Shown here: positions 17,322 to 27,296 of the stretch, piece after piece
Numbering within the stretch: position 1 is the first letter of the stretch
Layout: each line of letters opens with the position of its first letter
From: Planctomycetota bacterium
Lineage (GTDB): Bacteria > Planctomycetota > B15-G4 > SIAN01
DNA: 64,000 nucleotides
Direction of reading: 5' to 3'
Assembly (NCBI GenBank): GCA_031409275.1
Contig: JANNXA010000036.1
Span: 57,839-121,838 of the forward strand
Made by a program: the position numbers and the translations under genes
The notes under the pieces: generated by a model
Seen by the model: the letters and a program-made list of their open reading frames with translations, nothing else
What the model was told of the DNA's origin: nothing
Database searches by the model: none

Positions 17322-19972
17322 TTGCTGTGAAGCGACTGGAACTGGTCGCGGAAGCGGCCTTGCGGATAGAGGCGCAAGTACTCGTCGACCGCGCGATCGA
17401 TCTTCTTCTGTTCCGTCGCTTGCGCCGCCAGCGCCTTGAAGAGCAGCGGCCACGCCTCCTCCAGCTCGATCTTCTTCGCTGCCGCGATCGCGAGCGCGGT
17501 GCGCAGCGCGCCTTCGGCCTCCTTCGGATGGCCGCGCTCGAGTTCGATCCGGCCGAGGTTCATGTGCGCGAGCGGATTGAGCGGCAGCAACTCGATCGAG
17601 CGGCGCAGCCCCGCGACCGCGCCGTCGACGTCGCCGGCGGCGTGCAGCCGCAGCGCCTCCTCGAACGCCGTCCGCGCTTCCGCTACGACCGGATCTTCGG
17701 CAGCGCGTTCTTCCGAGCGGAACTGCGCTACGACGGCCTGCATCCCGGCGCGATCGAAGTCGGCCGGGGCGATCGCGATCGCGCGCTCGAAGTGGACGAT
17801 CGCCGCCGGACGGTCGTGCTGGAGCAGGCGACCGTAGCCCGCATCGCGACGCGCTTCGGCGAGTTCGCGGAACAAGGCCTCGTCCGTCATCCCAGACTCG
17901 ACGACCTCTTCGAGCAGCACCACCGCCGCCTCGAACGCCCGCTGCTGCCGCGCGACGCCGGCCAAGGCACGCACCATCGGCGGCCGCCGACCGACGGCGG
18001 CGATGGCGCGATTCAATGCATCGCGCGCCGCGTCGACCCGGCCCTGGGCCACGAGGTGCGACGCCGCCGCGACCGTCCCCCCCTCGATCTCCTCGCGAAC
18101 ACCCGGCAAGCCTGGATTCTTTTCGCGCGCCTCCAACATGCGGTCGATGCCGCGCTCGGCAAGATCGGCGTTGCTGCAGAAGAGGCGGCCTTCGAGCAGG
18201 ATCGCTGCGGGATCTTCACGATCGAGCTGGCGCGCGCGGGCGACTTCCCGCAACCCGGCGTCCCATTCGTCGCGACCAAGGTAGATCCGCGCCAGCACCA
18301 GATGCGGACGCGCCTGATCGGGCGCGCGCTGCACCGCTTTCTCGGCCAGCGTGACTGCCTCGACCAGCCGTTCCTGACCGACGCGCAGCAACGCCAGGCA
18401 CTGCAGCTCGGCTGAGCTCGCGTCATCGGGGCGAGCGGCGGCGGCGCCGAGCAGTTGCTCGACGAGCGGCACGACCGCCTTCACGAACGCGGGGTCGCGC
18501 GCGCTGCGATGGAGCGCCTCGACCATCACGGCGGCGACGGCGGAAACGTAGGCGCGATCGCTCCCGCGCGTCGCGGCCGCTTCAGCGAGCGCCTCCGCCA
18601 CCGCCTCGGGACCGCGGCAGGGCAGCAGCAACTCGATGCGTCGCGCCTCGAGTTCTGGCAGCGGTGGCGCCGTCACCGGGCGACGCGCCAGCCATCGCTC
18701 GACCCAATCGAGCGCGCGCGCCTCATCACCGGCGCGCTCGCGATCCTGGAGCAATCGCCAGCCGAGTTCACGTTCGACGGCCGCAGCGAGCGGGCGTCGC
18801 TGCGCTGCAGCCGCCGCAAAGACGGATTCCTCGAGCGGTGCAGGATCACCATCGAGTTCGGCGAGTCGCGCCGCAGCGGACGGATGCGTCACGCCCACCA
18901 GTTTCGAGCGCAGGTCTCGCGCAGAGGCGGCGCCTGCCACCTGCAAACCCACCAGGAGAATGGCGGCCGCGCCGCCGACCTTCGGTTGGAGCGCTGCGAG
19001 CGCCGCGCTGACCAGCGCGATTCCCGGCAGCGCGACGGCGAGCGGAATCAGGCGCAGCGGGCGACCGATCGCGGTCAACACGATCGGGACGGCGATCACC
19101 AGCCCACCGACCAGCATCGCACGCGCGGCGCGTCGATGGACGGCGCTCACCAGCACCGAGAGACCGGCGAGGACGAACAGAGGTGACCAGATGGCGCTAC
19201 CGAGCGCCGGGCGCCAGTTCGAGACGAACGGTTGCGAGGACACCACGCCGATGCCGCCTTCGATCAGGCCGCGCATCGCGTCGCGCATCGCCGCGATCGC
19301 GTCCGGGAGGATCGTCGTGTCGTTGAGTCCCGTCCACGCGCCCGTCGCCACACCGATCGGCCACCGCAGCAGCAGTTCGAGGGCGACCGGAACGATCAGC
19401 ACGCCAAGTCCAACGACGATGCGGGACCGCGAACCGCTCTCGGGCGCCAGCAGCACCCACGCAGCGATCAATGGAAACAGCAACGCGCCCGCCGAAGCCC
19501 ACGTGGCCAGCAGCAGCAGGAGCAGGGAAGCGACGGGTGGTCGGGAAGCGACAAGACCTCGCTCGACGAACGCGATCGCGGCGAGCATGGCCACGAGCAG
19601 GAGCAGGCCGCCTGGATCCCACAAGGCGCTCGAGGCGGCCGATGCAGCGACGAAGAGGCTCCCCGAAGCCAACGCGCCACGCCCCTTCGCGCCGAGCGCG
19701 ACCGCGCAACGGCCCGTCAGCCATCCGCCCAGCGCCAGCGCGATCACCAGCGCCGCGCGCCAAAGGACCAGTTTGACTCCGCTGTCCGGCGCGGCGACGA
19801 GGAAGCGCAATCCTGGCCACGCGCTCGCCATCGTCACCGAGCCGTCGAACAGCAGGCGCGGCTGAAGCAGCGCCGGCATGGCCGCGAGCATCGCCACCGC
19901 GAGCAGCAGCAATCCCTCGACGATTCCGCGACGACGCCCTGTCGGCTCGACGATCTCGACCCGCTGTTCCAA
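17318..19972 (-). CDS. Multi-TM membrane protein with C-terminal TPR array (TMTC-like architecture)
   Basis: About 350 aa of hydrophobic helices followed by many TPR-like motifs (PLNPLAHMNLGRIELERG); start uncertain. Confidence 0.65.
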   Translation of the reverse strand: MEQRVEIVEPTGRRRGIVEGLLLLAVAMLAAMPALLQPRLLFDGSVTMASAWPGLRFLVAAPDSGVKLVLWRAALVIALALGGWLTGRCAVALGAKGRGALASGSLFVAASAASSALWDPGGLLLLVAMLAAIAFVERGLVASRPPVASLLLLLLATWASAGALLFPLIAAWVLLAPESGSRSRIVVGLGVLIVPVALELLLRWPIGVATGAWTGLNDTTILPDAIAAMRDAMRGLIEGGIGVVSSQPFVSNWRPALGSAIWSPLFVLAGLSVLVSAVHRRAARAMLVGGLVIAVPIVLTAIGRPLRLIPLAVALPGIALVSAALAALQPKVGGAAAILLVGLQVAGAASARDLRSKLVGVTHPSAAARLAELDGDPAPLEESVFAAAAAQRRPLAAAVERELGWRLLQDRERAGDEARALDWVERWLARRPVTAPPLPELEARRIELLLPCRGPEAVAEALAEAAATRGSDRAYVSAVAAVMVEALHRSARDPAFVKAVVPLVEQLLGAAAARPDDASSAELQCLALLRVGQERLVEAVTLAEKAVQRAPDQARPHLVLARIYLGRDEWDAGLREVARARQLDREDPAAILLEGRLFCSNADLAERGIDRMLEAREKNPGLPGVREEIEGGTVAAASHLVAQGRVDAARDALNRAIAAVGRRPPMVRALAGVARQQRAFEAAVVLLEEVVESGMTDEALFRELAEARRDAGYGRLLQHDRPAAIVHFERAIAIAPADFDRAGMQAVVAQFRSEERAAEDPVVAEARTAFEEALRLHAAGDVDGAVAGLRRSIELLPLNPLAHMNLGRIELERGHPKEAEGALRTALAIAAAKKIELEEAWPLLFKALAAQATEQKKIDRAVDEYLRLYPQGRFRDQFQSLHSK

Positions 19973-20165
19973 ACCGGCCTCCGACCGCAGTCGCTCGCGG
20001 CACCCGGTGCCCTCGTTGGGTGCTCGCTCCCATGCGACGCGCGGGCGAGCAGTATGACGCGCCGCCGCGCTGCGGGATGCATCGCTACGATCCGACGCAC
20101 CGCTGCGTCAGGCATGAGCGCACCGCGCGGAACTCTCGCAAGGCGTCGGACGAGACGGCATCGCA

Positions 20166-20993
20166 ATGGACCAGCGTCACGAGCGACTGACTTTCGAGTT
20201 GCGCGTCCACGGTCGCGCCGGAATGCAGCGTTGGCTGCGGCCGCCCGCATCGCAAGTCGGGGGCATCACGGCTCAGGCGCGCGTCCCAGCGACCGCCACC
20301 CCAAAGGCTTCCGCGCCCGTCCTCCCCGTGACGGCGTTGACCTCTTTCAATCGATCGCCGCCGCCATCCGGACCGACCGCCCCGGTGGGGATTGGATCGG
20401 TTTCAGATCTAACCACTGCGGAGCGTCATGAGCGCCTCGCCCAGTTGTCCGACGAAGTTCGTGCTTGCACGAAATGCAAATTGTGCGAATACCGAACTAA
20501 CGCCGTCCCAGGCGAGGGGGCAATCGACCCGCCGATCCTCTTCATCGGCGAGGGCCCGGGAGAGGACGAGGACGCGAGCGGTCGTCCCTTCGTCGGACGC
20601 GCTGGCCAGCTCCTCGACAAGATGATCGGCGCCATCCGCTTCCGGCGCGACGAACTCTTCATCGCAAACTTGGTGAAGTGCCGACCGCCGCAGAATCGCA
20701 ATCCAGAGCCAGACGAAGCCAGCGCTTGCCTGCCGTATCTCGTGCGTCAGATCGAGCTGCTTCGTCCACGACTGATCTGCACGCTCGGGTTGCCGGCCAC
20801 GCGGGCGCTCCTGCCGGACGTGCGCTCGATCAGCGCGGTTCGCGGTCGCCTTCAACAATGGAATGGGCTGCCGCTGATTCCGACGTTCCATCCGGCCTAC
20901 CTGCTGCGTACTCCGGAAGCGAAGCACGACGCTTGGAACGACCTCAAGTTGGTGGCACGCACCGTGGGTCGCCCGGTCGACGGCGCGTCGTAA
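20166..20993 (+). CDS. udg: Family 4 uracil-DNA glycosylase (Fe-S)
   Basis: CTKCKLC, IGEGPG, PFVGRAG, KCRPPQNR, FHPAYLLR. Confidence 0.92.
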   Translation: MDQRHERLTFELRVHGRAGMQRWLRPPASQVGGITAQARVPATATPKASAPVLPVTALTSFNRSPPPSGPTAPVGIGSVSDLTTAERHERLAQLSDEVRACTKCKLCEYRTNAVPGEGAIDPPILFIGEGPGEDEDASGRPFVGRAGQLLDKMIGAIRFRRDELFIANLVKCRPPQNRNPEPDEASACLPYLVRQIELLRPRLICTLGLPATRALLPDVRSISAVRGRLQQWNGLPLIPTFHPAYLLRTPEAKHDAWNDLKLVARTVGRPVDGAS

Positions 20994-21077
20994 CCGCATG
21001 CGTCGGCGGGCCACGGCTTCGCTAGAAACGAGGCAGCGGCGCAGAGCGCGGGGGCGCAACGAGGCGGAGGATCTGCC

Positions 21078-22595
21078 GTGCTGATGCGACCGTCCGCATG
21101 GGGAGTCGAGCTCACGGGTGGCGCCGTGCGTGCCGTCAGGGTGCAGCGACGCGGCCAGAAATTCGCGATCGTCGACGTCGTCGATCAACCCGTGAGCCCG
21201 CCCGGCGAGGGCGCCGAGGAGCTCTCCGCCCATCTGCCAGACGCCGTCGGGCGCGCCCTCACCGACTTGCTTCAAGCGCGCCGCGGCACGCTCGGGGATG
21301 CGATCTTCGTCGCGCTGCCGGTCTTCGGGGCGAAACACGGTCGGGTCGACGTGCCGGTCACCGATCCAGCGCGGGCGCCGGGCCTGCTCGAATTCGAACT
21401 GCATCAGGCGATCGCGGTCGACCTCGACGGCTGGATCGTTCGCACCACGCCGCCGCGGCGACGCGAATCGCAGACGACCTCGTGCGACTACTTCGCCCAG
21501 CGCCGCACGCTCGTGTCGAGTTTCGTCGCGGACTTGCGTCGATTCGGGCTGCCGCTCGATGGACTGATGCCGGGCCCACTCGCGCTTGCCCGCTACGTCG
21601 ACGCCGAGTGGCCGCATCCGGGGCGACGGTTGGCGATCGAGTGTCAGCGCACGCGAACGGATCTGCTCGTCCTCGACGGGGAACGGGACCGCCACTGGCG
21701 CTCGCTTCCGTTCGGCTGCGGGACGCTGGCCGATCTACCGGTGGGAGCCGCGAGTCGCGAGCGCGACGCGACGCGCACTGCGACGCAACTCGTCCGTGAA
21801 CTGCGCGAGGCCCATGCAACGTGGTTCGGGCCGCACGACGGCAGAACCCTCGATCGCGTCATCTTGCTGGGCGAAGGCACGCGACACGAAGAGCTGCGCC
21901 GCGCGCTCGAGCGCGAGCTCGGGCAACCGATCGTCACTCCTCACTTGCCGCGCCGCTTCAGCGTGAGTTCCCGCGCCGCGCCGCATCACCCGCTGCAATT
22001 CGGAACCGCGCTCGGTCTCGCGATGGCGGCGCTGTCGACCGCGCCCGAACCGTGGTCGCTGCTCCCAGCGTCGCGAACGCGAAGTGTCGCACGCACGCTG
22101 CCGGCCTGGAGCGCGGCGCTATTCGTGATCGCGATCGGATTGCTGGCCACCGGAACGCTGGCGCAGCGCGAGCGGACGACGCTGCGCACGCAACTCGCCG
22201 AAATCCAGAAGAAGACCGACTTCGGTGCGCACACGGACTGGGCCGCCGCACTCGCGACGGCGGAGCGCGCCACCGAGGAGACACGCGCGTTGATCGCTGA
22301 GGCGGCGCTCGTCCGCCGCCGCTTGCCGTTCCCTGGCGCGCTGTTGAAGGCGATGTCCGACCCGGCGATCTTCTTCCGGCTCATCGACTGCGAGCTGGTG
22401 CCAGGCGACTCCGCCGACAGCGCGCGGCTGGTTTTCGAAGTCGACGAGGGTCTCGTCGGAGCGATCGCCTCGATCCGAGCGTTCCTGGCGGAAAAGGCCG
22501 CCCTCTCCGTGACCTCGGTCGAGGAGCAGCGCAGCGATGACCGCGTCCTGCGCTTGACGATCGTTGCCGCGATGACGCACGGGAGCTCGTCATGA
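21078..22595 (+). CDS. PilM-like actin-fold domain fused to PilN-like TM/periplasmic domain
   Basis: WGVELTGGAVRAV, TDLLV...RSLPFG, RVILLGEG, FGTALGLA, then WSLLP (resembling PilN INLLP), a TM helix and a coiled coil; first gene ahead of a secretin. Confidence 0.65.
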   Translation: MLMRPSAWGVELTGGAVRAVRVQRRGQKFAIVDVVDQPVSPPGEGAEELSAHLPDAVGRALTDLLQARRGTLGDAIFVALPVFGAKHGRVDVPVTDPARAPGLLEFELHQAIAVDLDGWIVRTTPPRRRESQTTSCDYFAQRRTLVSSFVADLRRFGLPLDGLMPGPLALARYVDAEWPHPGRRLAIECQRTRTDLLVLDGERDRHWRSLPFGCGTLADLPVGAASRERDATRTATQLVRELREAHATWFGPHDGRTLDRVILLGEGTRHEELRRALERELGQPIVTPHLPRRFSVSSRAAPHHPLQFGTALGLAMAALSTAPEPWSLLPASRTRSVARTLPAWSAALFVIAIGLLATGTLAQRERTTLRTQLAEIQKKTDFGAHTDWAAALATAERATEETRALIAEAALVRRRLPFPGALLKAMSDPAIFFRLIDCELVPGDSADSARLVFEVDEGLVGAIASIRAFLAEKAALSVTSVEEQRSDDRVLRLTIVAAMTHGSSS

Positions 22596-23395
22596 GAGCG
22601 CTCCTGTTCGTCATCGCGCTCGCGACGCTCGGCTGGGCGGGCGCCGATTTCTGGCACAAGACGCGACCGATGCTGGCGGAACTGCCCGACCTGCGCGACC
22701 GAGTCAGCGCGCAGCTCACGGACGGCATCGGGCGCGCGCGCGCACTCGGGACGTCGCCGCCACGCGCAAGCGAGGTCGAGGCGGCGCGACGTGCGGCTGC
22801 GGACTGCCTCGCCGAGACCGCCGCGCTGGCGAATCGCTGGTACTCGGGCGCACGGAGCGGCTCCGACTACCTCCAGCCGCGAGCGATGCGGCCGAATGGC
22901 GAAACCGGCGCCGCACTGCGTCGGCGGCTCGAAGAGCTGCTGCTCTCGCTGCCGGTCGACTTGAAGAAGCTCCCCGCCTCGACGCCGATTCGACTCGGCC
23001 TGCTGACGCCGTCGTTGACTCGATCGCTCGACCTTGCCGCACCGGAGTTCGAGGATCAGGTCGAGCGCGCCGTCGTCGCCAGCTTCCTTGCGGACACCTT
23101 GCGCAGCGCGACCGCGATCGCAATCGACGACGTCAGCGCGATTCGCAACGGCGACGGTCAACTCGAACTGCGGTTGCGCGCGACGGGATCGCTCGACGAC
23201 GTGGTCGCGCTTGGAGACGCGCTCGTGGCCGCGACCGACGCCGTCCCGCCTCGTCGCCTCATGCAGTACCACCTGCGCTGCCTGGAGCAGGCGGAATGGA
23301 GTTCGAAGAGCGCCGACCTCGCTTCGCCCCCGCTGCAACTCGAGATGGCCATCGCCTTCTGCTTTCCTTCGACAGTCGGGGAGGGCGCGCGATGA
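22592..23395 (+). CDS. Putative PilO-like protein
   Basis: N-terminal TM, helical region, C-terminal alpha/beta domain; ATGA-coupled; call is mainly positional. Confidence 0.45.
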   Translation: MRALLFVIALATLGWAGADFWHKTRPMLAELPDLRDRVSAQLTDGIGRARALGTSPPRASEVEAARRAAADCLAETAALANRWYSGARSGSDYLQPRAMRPNGETGAALRRRLEELLLSLPVDLKKLPASTPIRLGLLTPSLTRSLDLAAPEFEDQVERAVVASFLADTLRSATAIAIDDVSAIRNGDGQLELRLRATGSLDDVVALGDALVAATDAVPPRRLMQYHLRCLEQAEWSSKSADLASPPLQLEMAIAFCFPSTVGEGAR

Positions 23396-24489
23396 AGCTC
23401 GGTGACACGAACGGAACCGGAACGAGTCGGTCGCAGGCGGCGCAGGCACGCTTCGTCGGGCCGCTGTTGTTGACAGCGTTTCTGGGCGCAGGTACGGTTC
23501 CCGCCCTGCTTTTCTGGTTCCAGCAGGCGAGGGAGCGGGAGTTTCGCGGCCTCCAAGGGGAGCTCGACCTGCAGCTTCGGAGCGGAACGACGGAACGCCG
23601 CGAAACGCTGCCGACCCGAGTGTTGGACGAGCGCGAAGCGCCGACTCAGTTCCAGCTTCCGGAGCGCAGTTCACTCCACTTCCGCAGCGAGCTCGCCTTT
23701 TCTGCCGCGCAGATCGAGTCGTTCCGCGCCAAGCGTTCACGCGAAGGAGAATTCGAGCGCGCGCTGAATCCTCCGACTTCGCTGGCGGCGACCGTTCGTT
23801 CGGGGGCGATCGAGCTTTCGTGGGAGCCGCCAGTCGATCTCGACCAGGTTCGGGATCGGCTGCAGGGCCAGCCGTTACTGCGTTTGGGGTTCCGGGTATA
23901 CCGCTGGCGCGAGGGTGATGAGCCGAAGCTGCTCACCACGTTCGAAGGCGGCAAGACAGCATTTCAGGACCGCGACCTGCCTCTTTGGCGGGAGCGGTTC
24001 TTCTACTGTGTGGCGACGGTGCTCGAAGGCACGATCGGCGAACTGCCGACCCTCATCGAAAGCAAGCGCTCCTCGGTGATCACGGCTGACACTCTCGAGC
24101 AGTTCACCCTGCGGGTCCTCGATGGCGAGGCGGACCATGTCCGCTGCGCGCTCGAGGCCTCGCTTGACGGACGGCGCCACGAACTGACCTTTGACGTAGC
24201 GGTCGGCCATCCGATCGTTCCGCCGCCCGCGGCCGACCTCGACGCCGAGGAGGCCGTCCGCCTCGACACCGGACTCACCGTGGAGTCGGCGCGGTGGATC
24301 GACGGTACGCTGTCCGTCTTGCGACAACGCCCTGAGTTCTTGCCGGACGGACGGCGCAAGCTCGATCCGGCCAGCGGTGCTCCAACGTTTCGGTCCGAGT
24401 CGGGCAGTGTGCCGACGCGAACTCTCGAAGTGACCTGCCGCGATCGTTCCGGTGCAACCCGGACCTTCACATCGGCTGCCCCGAACTGA
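23392..24489 (+). CDS. Membrane-anchored protein with fibronectin type III-like domain (PilP position)
   Basis: Start ATG 23392; TM; NPPTSLAATVRSGAIELSWEPP...GFRVYRW...FQD...YCVATV. Confidence 0.6.
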   Translation: MKLGDTNGTGTSRSQAAQARFVGPLLLTAFLGAGTVPALLFWFQQAREREFRGLQGELDLQLRSGTTERRETLPTRVLDEREAPTQFQLPERSSLHFRSELAFSAAQIESFRAKRSREGEFERALNPPTSLAATVRSGAIELSWEPPVDLDQVRDRLQGQPLLRLGFRVYRWREGDEPKLLTTFEGGKTAFQDRDLPLWRERFFYCVATVLEGTIGELPTLIESKRSSVITADTLEQFTLRVLDGEADHVRCALEASLDGRRHELTFDVAVGHPIVPPPAADLDAEEAVRLDTGLTVESARWIDGTLSVLRQRPEFLPDGRRKLDPASGAPTFRSESGSVPTRTLEVTCRDRSGATRTFTSAAPN

Positions 24490-24544
24490 TAGACCTATAG
24501 GGATTCGGCCGTTCCTCGGTGCGAGGAACCTGGAGATCCAGAAG

Positions 24545-27130
24545 ATGCGAACGAGCCCACCTCTCCTCGGCGCGCTGACGGCGGCTTCGCTGTCCGTGAT
24601 CGGCGGTTGCTCCACGCACCCCGACGGAGCGACGTCGTCACCTGCCGGTGGCAACGACGCCACCGCTCCGGTTGCCACGAACGTCGCGCCGAATGTGGCC
24701 GCGGCCACACAAGACGCCGGCAGCCTGCGCGCGCAGAAAGTCGCGACGCTCGTCCAGGGCTATCTCGACAGCGCGAAGACGGCGCTTGCTCGCGGCGACG
24801 CCGAGGCGGCGCACGCGGCGCTGCTCGACGCGTATGAGATCGACCCCGGAAACCTCGAGGTCAAGAACCTCCTCGACTCGGTCGGCGTGCAGCTTGGCAA
24901 GCGGCCGAGCACCGTGGGCGATGTGGCTCGCGCGGCGGCCGACCAGGATCGCGTGCGACGCGCCCAGGCTCGACTCGAAGTCGAGAACAAGCTCGTCGAA
25001 TCGGATCAGCGCCGAGTGCAGGGCGACTTCGATGCCGCCATCCGCTCGCTGCAAGACGCCGAACTGATCCTCCGCTGGAATCCCTACCTCGGTGGCACCA
25101 CCGACATGGGAGTGACCGAAGAGTCGCTGCGCCAGCGCATCGCGGAACTGACGGCCGCGCGCGCCACGCAGGAGCGTGATGCGACGGCCGAGCGCGAGCA
25201 GCGTGCGCTCGCCGAAAAGGCGGCTCGCGAGGCCGAAGAGCGCGAACGCGCGCAGAACCTCGTCAACCGCTTCTTGCGCCAGGCCAACGACGCCTTCTAT
25301 GCCGAGCGCTACAAGGAAGCCGCCGCCTTCTGCGACCAGGTTCTCGACCTCCAGCCGCAGCACGTCGAGGCGACCGAGCTCAAGCTCACCGCGCAGCAAG
25401 CGTGGCACTCCGCCGAGCAGGATCAGTATCGAACCGCCTACAAGGACCACTGGCGCGAGATCTTCGACCAGATCGATCTCATGAACACGCCGGTCACCGA
25501 GGACATCTCGTTCCCGGCCAAGGCCGACTGGGAGAAGATCCGCAAGCAGGGCCCGATCCACTTCCGCCTTCAGGGTGAGCAGATCAAGCCCGAAGATCAG
25601 CGGATCTGGGACATCCTCAACAACACGCGCGTCGAGCTGAACTTCAACGAGACCAAGCTGCCGGACGCTGTCGAGTGGCTCCACGTCAACACCGGCATCA
25701 ACTTCATCATCGATCAGCCGGTCCTTGACGCTGGCACCGACACCGGCGCCGCCTTGACCGTCGCCTCGATCACCGCCAAGGGCGCGCTCGAGCTGATCTC
25801 GACGGTCTATGGCGTGCTCTACGTCGTGCGCGACGGGGTGATCACGATCATCACCAAAGAGACGGCGAAGGGTGGCGAGTACATCGAGATCTACGACGTG
25901 CGCGACCTCATCAACAAGGTCGCCTCGTTCCCCTCCACCGACTTCAACCTCTCTCCGTCGGGTGCGGTCGACGAGGAACCGCCGGAAGCGCCCGAGCCCA
26001 CTCCGTTCGTCATCGAGGGCGATGCGCTGCGCGACCTGATCACGAACAACATCGACCCGTCGACGTGGGAAGGCAACACCAACGTCACGATGAACCTGCA
26101 GCAGTCGGGCGCTCTCGTCGTGCGCCAGACGGCCGACGTCCACGCCAAGATCGATCAGCTGCTCTCCGACCTTCGCGCCAACGCCCGCACGATGGTCAAC
26201 ATCCAGACGCGCTTCCTCTCGCTCGAAGATCGCTTCCTCGAGGACATCGGCGTCGACTTCCGCGGGCTGAATGGGCAGAACGGCTCGTCCTCGACCGCCT
26301 CGGTGCCGAACATCGTCCTCGACGATCAGGGCACGCCGGGATCGGGCGGCGTCGGCTCGCCCGGCGCTCCGAGTGGCATCGGCACCGGCAACGATGCAGG
26401 TGCCTTCTTCACCGAGAACGGCGGCGACTTCAATGCACGCGGCCGGCTCGAGAATCTCTACGACCTGTCGCTCGGCGATGAGAGCTTCCGCGCCTCGGGT
26501 GGCGCCTCTATCGAGTTCACCTACTTCGACGACACCATCGCCGAAGCGATCCTGCGAGCGGTCACCAAGACGACCCAGTCGGAAGTGGTCCATGCTCCGA
26601 ACCTGACCGTGTTCAACGGCCAGCGCGCCCACATCAACGTCCTGAACCACATCAGCTACGTGCAGGATTTCGAGGCAGAGATCGCGCAGGGCGCCGTGAT
26701 CGCCGACCCGATCGTGAAGGTCCTCCGCGATGGCCCGACGCTCGACGTGCGTCCGGTCGTCTCCTCTGACAAGCGCTTCGTGACCATGGAAGTTCGGCCG
26801 ACGCTGCTCGACCTCGTCGAGCCGATCGCGACCTTCCGTACCTCGCTCGCAGTCGGCAACGAAGTCGAGCTGCAGCTGCCGATCCTCAAGATCCAGCGCC
26901 TGCGCACGACGGTGACGATCCCCGACGGTGCGACGCTCATGCTCGGCGGCATGAAGTCGCTGGTCGACAAGCGGCTCGACTCGGGGATCCCGTTCCTGAA
27001 GGACATTCCGCTGGTCTCGTTCTTCGCTAGCCGCAAGGGCACCGAGAAGAGCAAGACGAAGGTCATGATCTTGGTGCGTGCCAAGATCATCATCCCGGAG
27101 GAGTACGAGCCTTCGACCTCGCGCAACTGA
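24545..27130 (+). CDS. Lipoprotein secretin 1 (PilQ/GspD superfamily) with helical TPR-like N-terminus
   Basis: Start ATG 24545, leader ending VIGGC; STN/N-domain-like FNETKLPDAVEWL and YDVRDL; VNIQTRFL, APNLTVFNGQRA, LDVRPVVS, TVTIPDGATLMLGG, GIPFLKDIP. Confidence 0.9.
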   Translation: MRTSPPLLGALTAASLSVIGGCSTHPDGATSSPAGGNDATAPVATNVAPNVAAATQDAGSLRAQKVATLVQGYLDSAKTALARGDAEAAHAALLDAYEIDPGNLEVKNLLDSVGVQLGKRPSTVGDVARAAADQDRVRRAQARLEVENKLVESDQRRVQGDFDAAIRSLQDAELILRWNPYLGGTTDMGVTEESLRQRIAELTAARATQERDATAEREQRALAEKAAREAEERERAQNLVNRFLRQANDAFYAERYKEAAAFCDQVLDLQPQHVEATELKLTAQQAWHSAEQDQYRTAYKDHWREIFDQIDLMNTPVTEDISFPAKADWEKIRKQGPIHFRLQGEQIKPEDQRIWDILNNTRVELNFNETKLPDAVEWLHVNTGINFIIDQPVLDAGTDTGAALTVASITAKGALELISTVYGVLYVVRDGVITIITKETAKGGEYIEIYDVRDLINKVASFPSTDFNLSPSGAVDEEPPEAPEPTPFVIEGDALRDLITNNIDPSTWEGNTNVTMNLQQSGALVVRQTADVHAKIDQLLSDLRANARTMVNIQTRFLSLEDRFLEDIGVDFRGLNGQNGSSSTASVPNIVLDDQGTPGSGGVGSPGAPSGIGTGNDAGAFFTENGGDFNARGRLENLYDLSLGDESFRASGGASIEFTYFDDTIAEAILRAVTKTTQSEVVHAPNLTVFNGQRAHINVLNHISYVQDFEAEIAQGAVIADPIVKVLRDGPTLDVRPVVSSDKRFVTMEVRPTLLDLVEPIATFRTSLAVGNEVELQLPILKIQRLRTTVTIPDGATLMLGGMKSLVDKRLDSGIPFLKDIPLVSFFASRKGTEKSKTKVMILVRAKIIIPEEYEPSTSRN

Positions 27131-27240
27131 GACCCTGACGCCTCCTGCGCAAGGCGGGCCGAACCTGCCTCCCCCACCCGCGTTCTGAAGGAGCGTGGGT
27201 CCTTCTCCGGTCCAAGGCTGGAATTGGCAGAAGCTGCCGG

Positions 27241-27283
27241 CCGCCCGGGAGAGACAGACCCTCTCCCGGGCGGTCTCGTTCAT
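27241..27283 (+). terminator. Perfect 13-bp hairpin with weak U-tract (partial terminator or mRNA stabiliser)
   Basis: CCGCCCGGGAGAG-ACAGACC-CTCTCCCGGGCGG followed by TCTCGTTCATT. Confidence 0.5.
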
Positions 27284-27296
27284 TGGAGCCTCTCAC

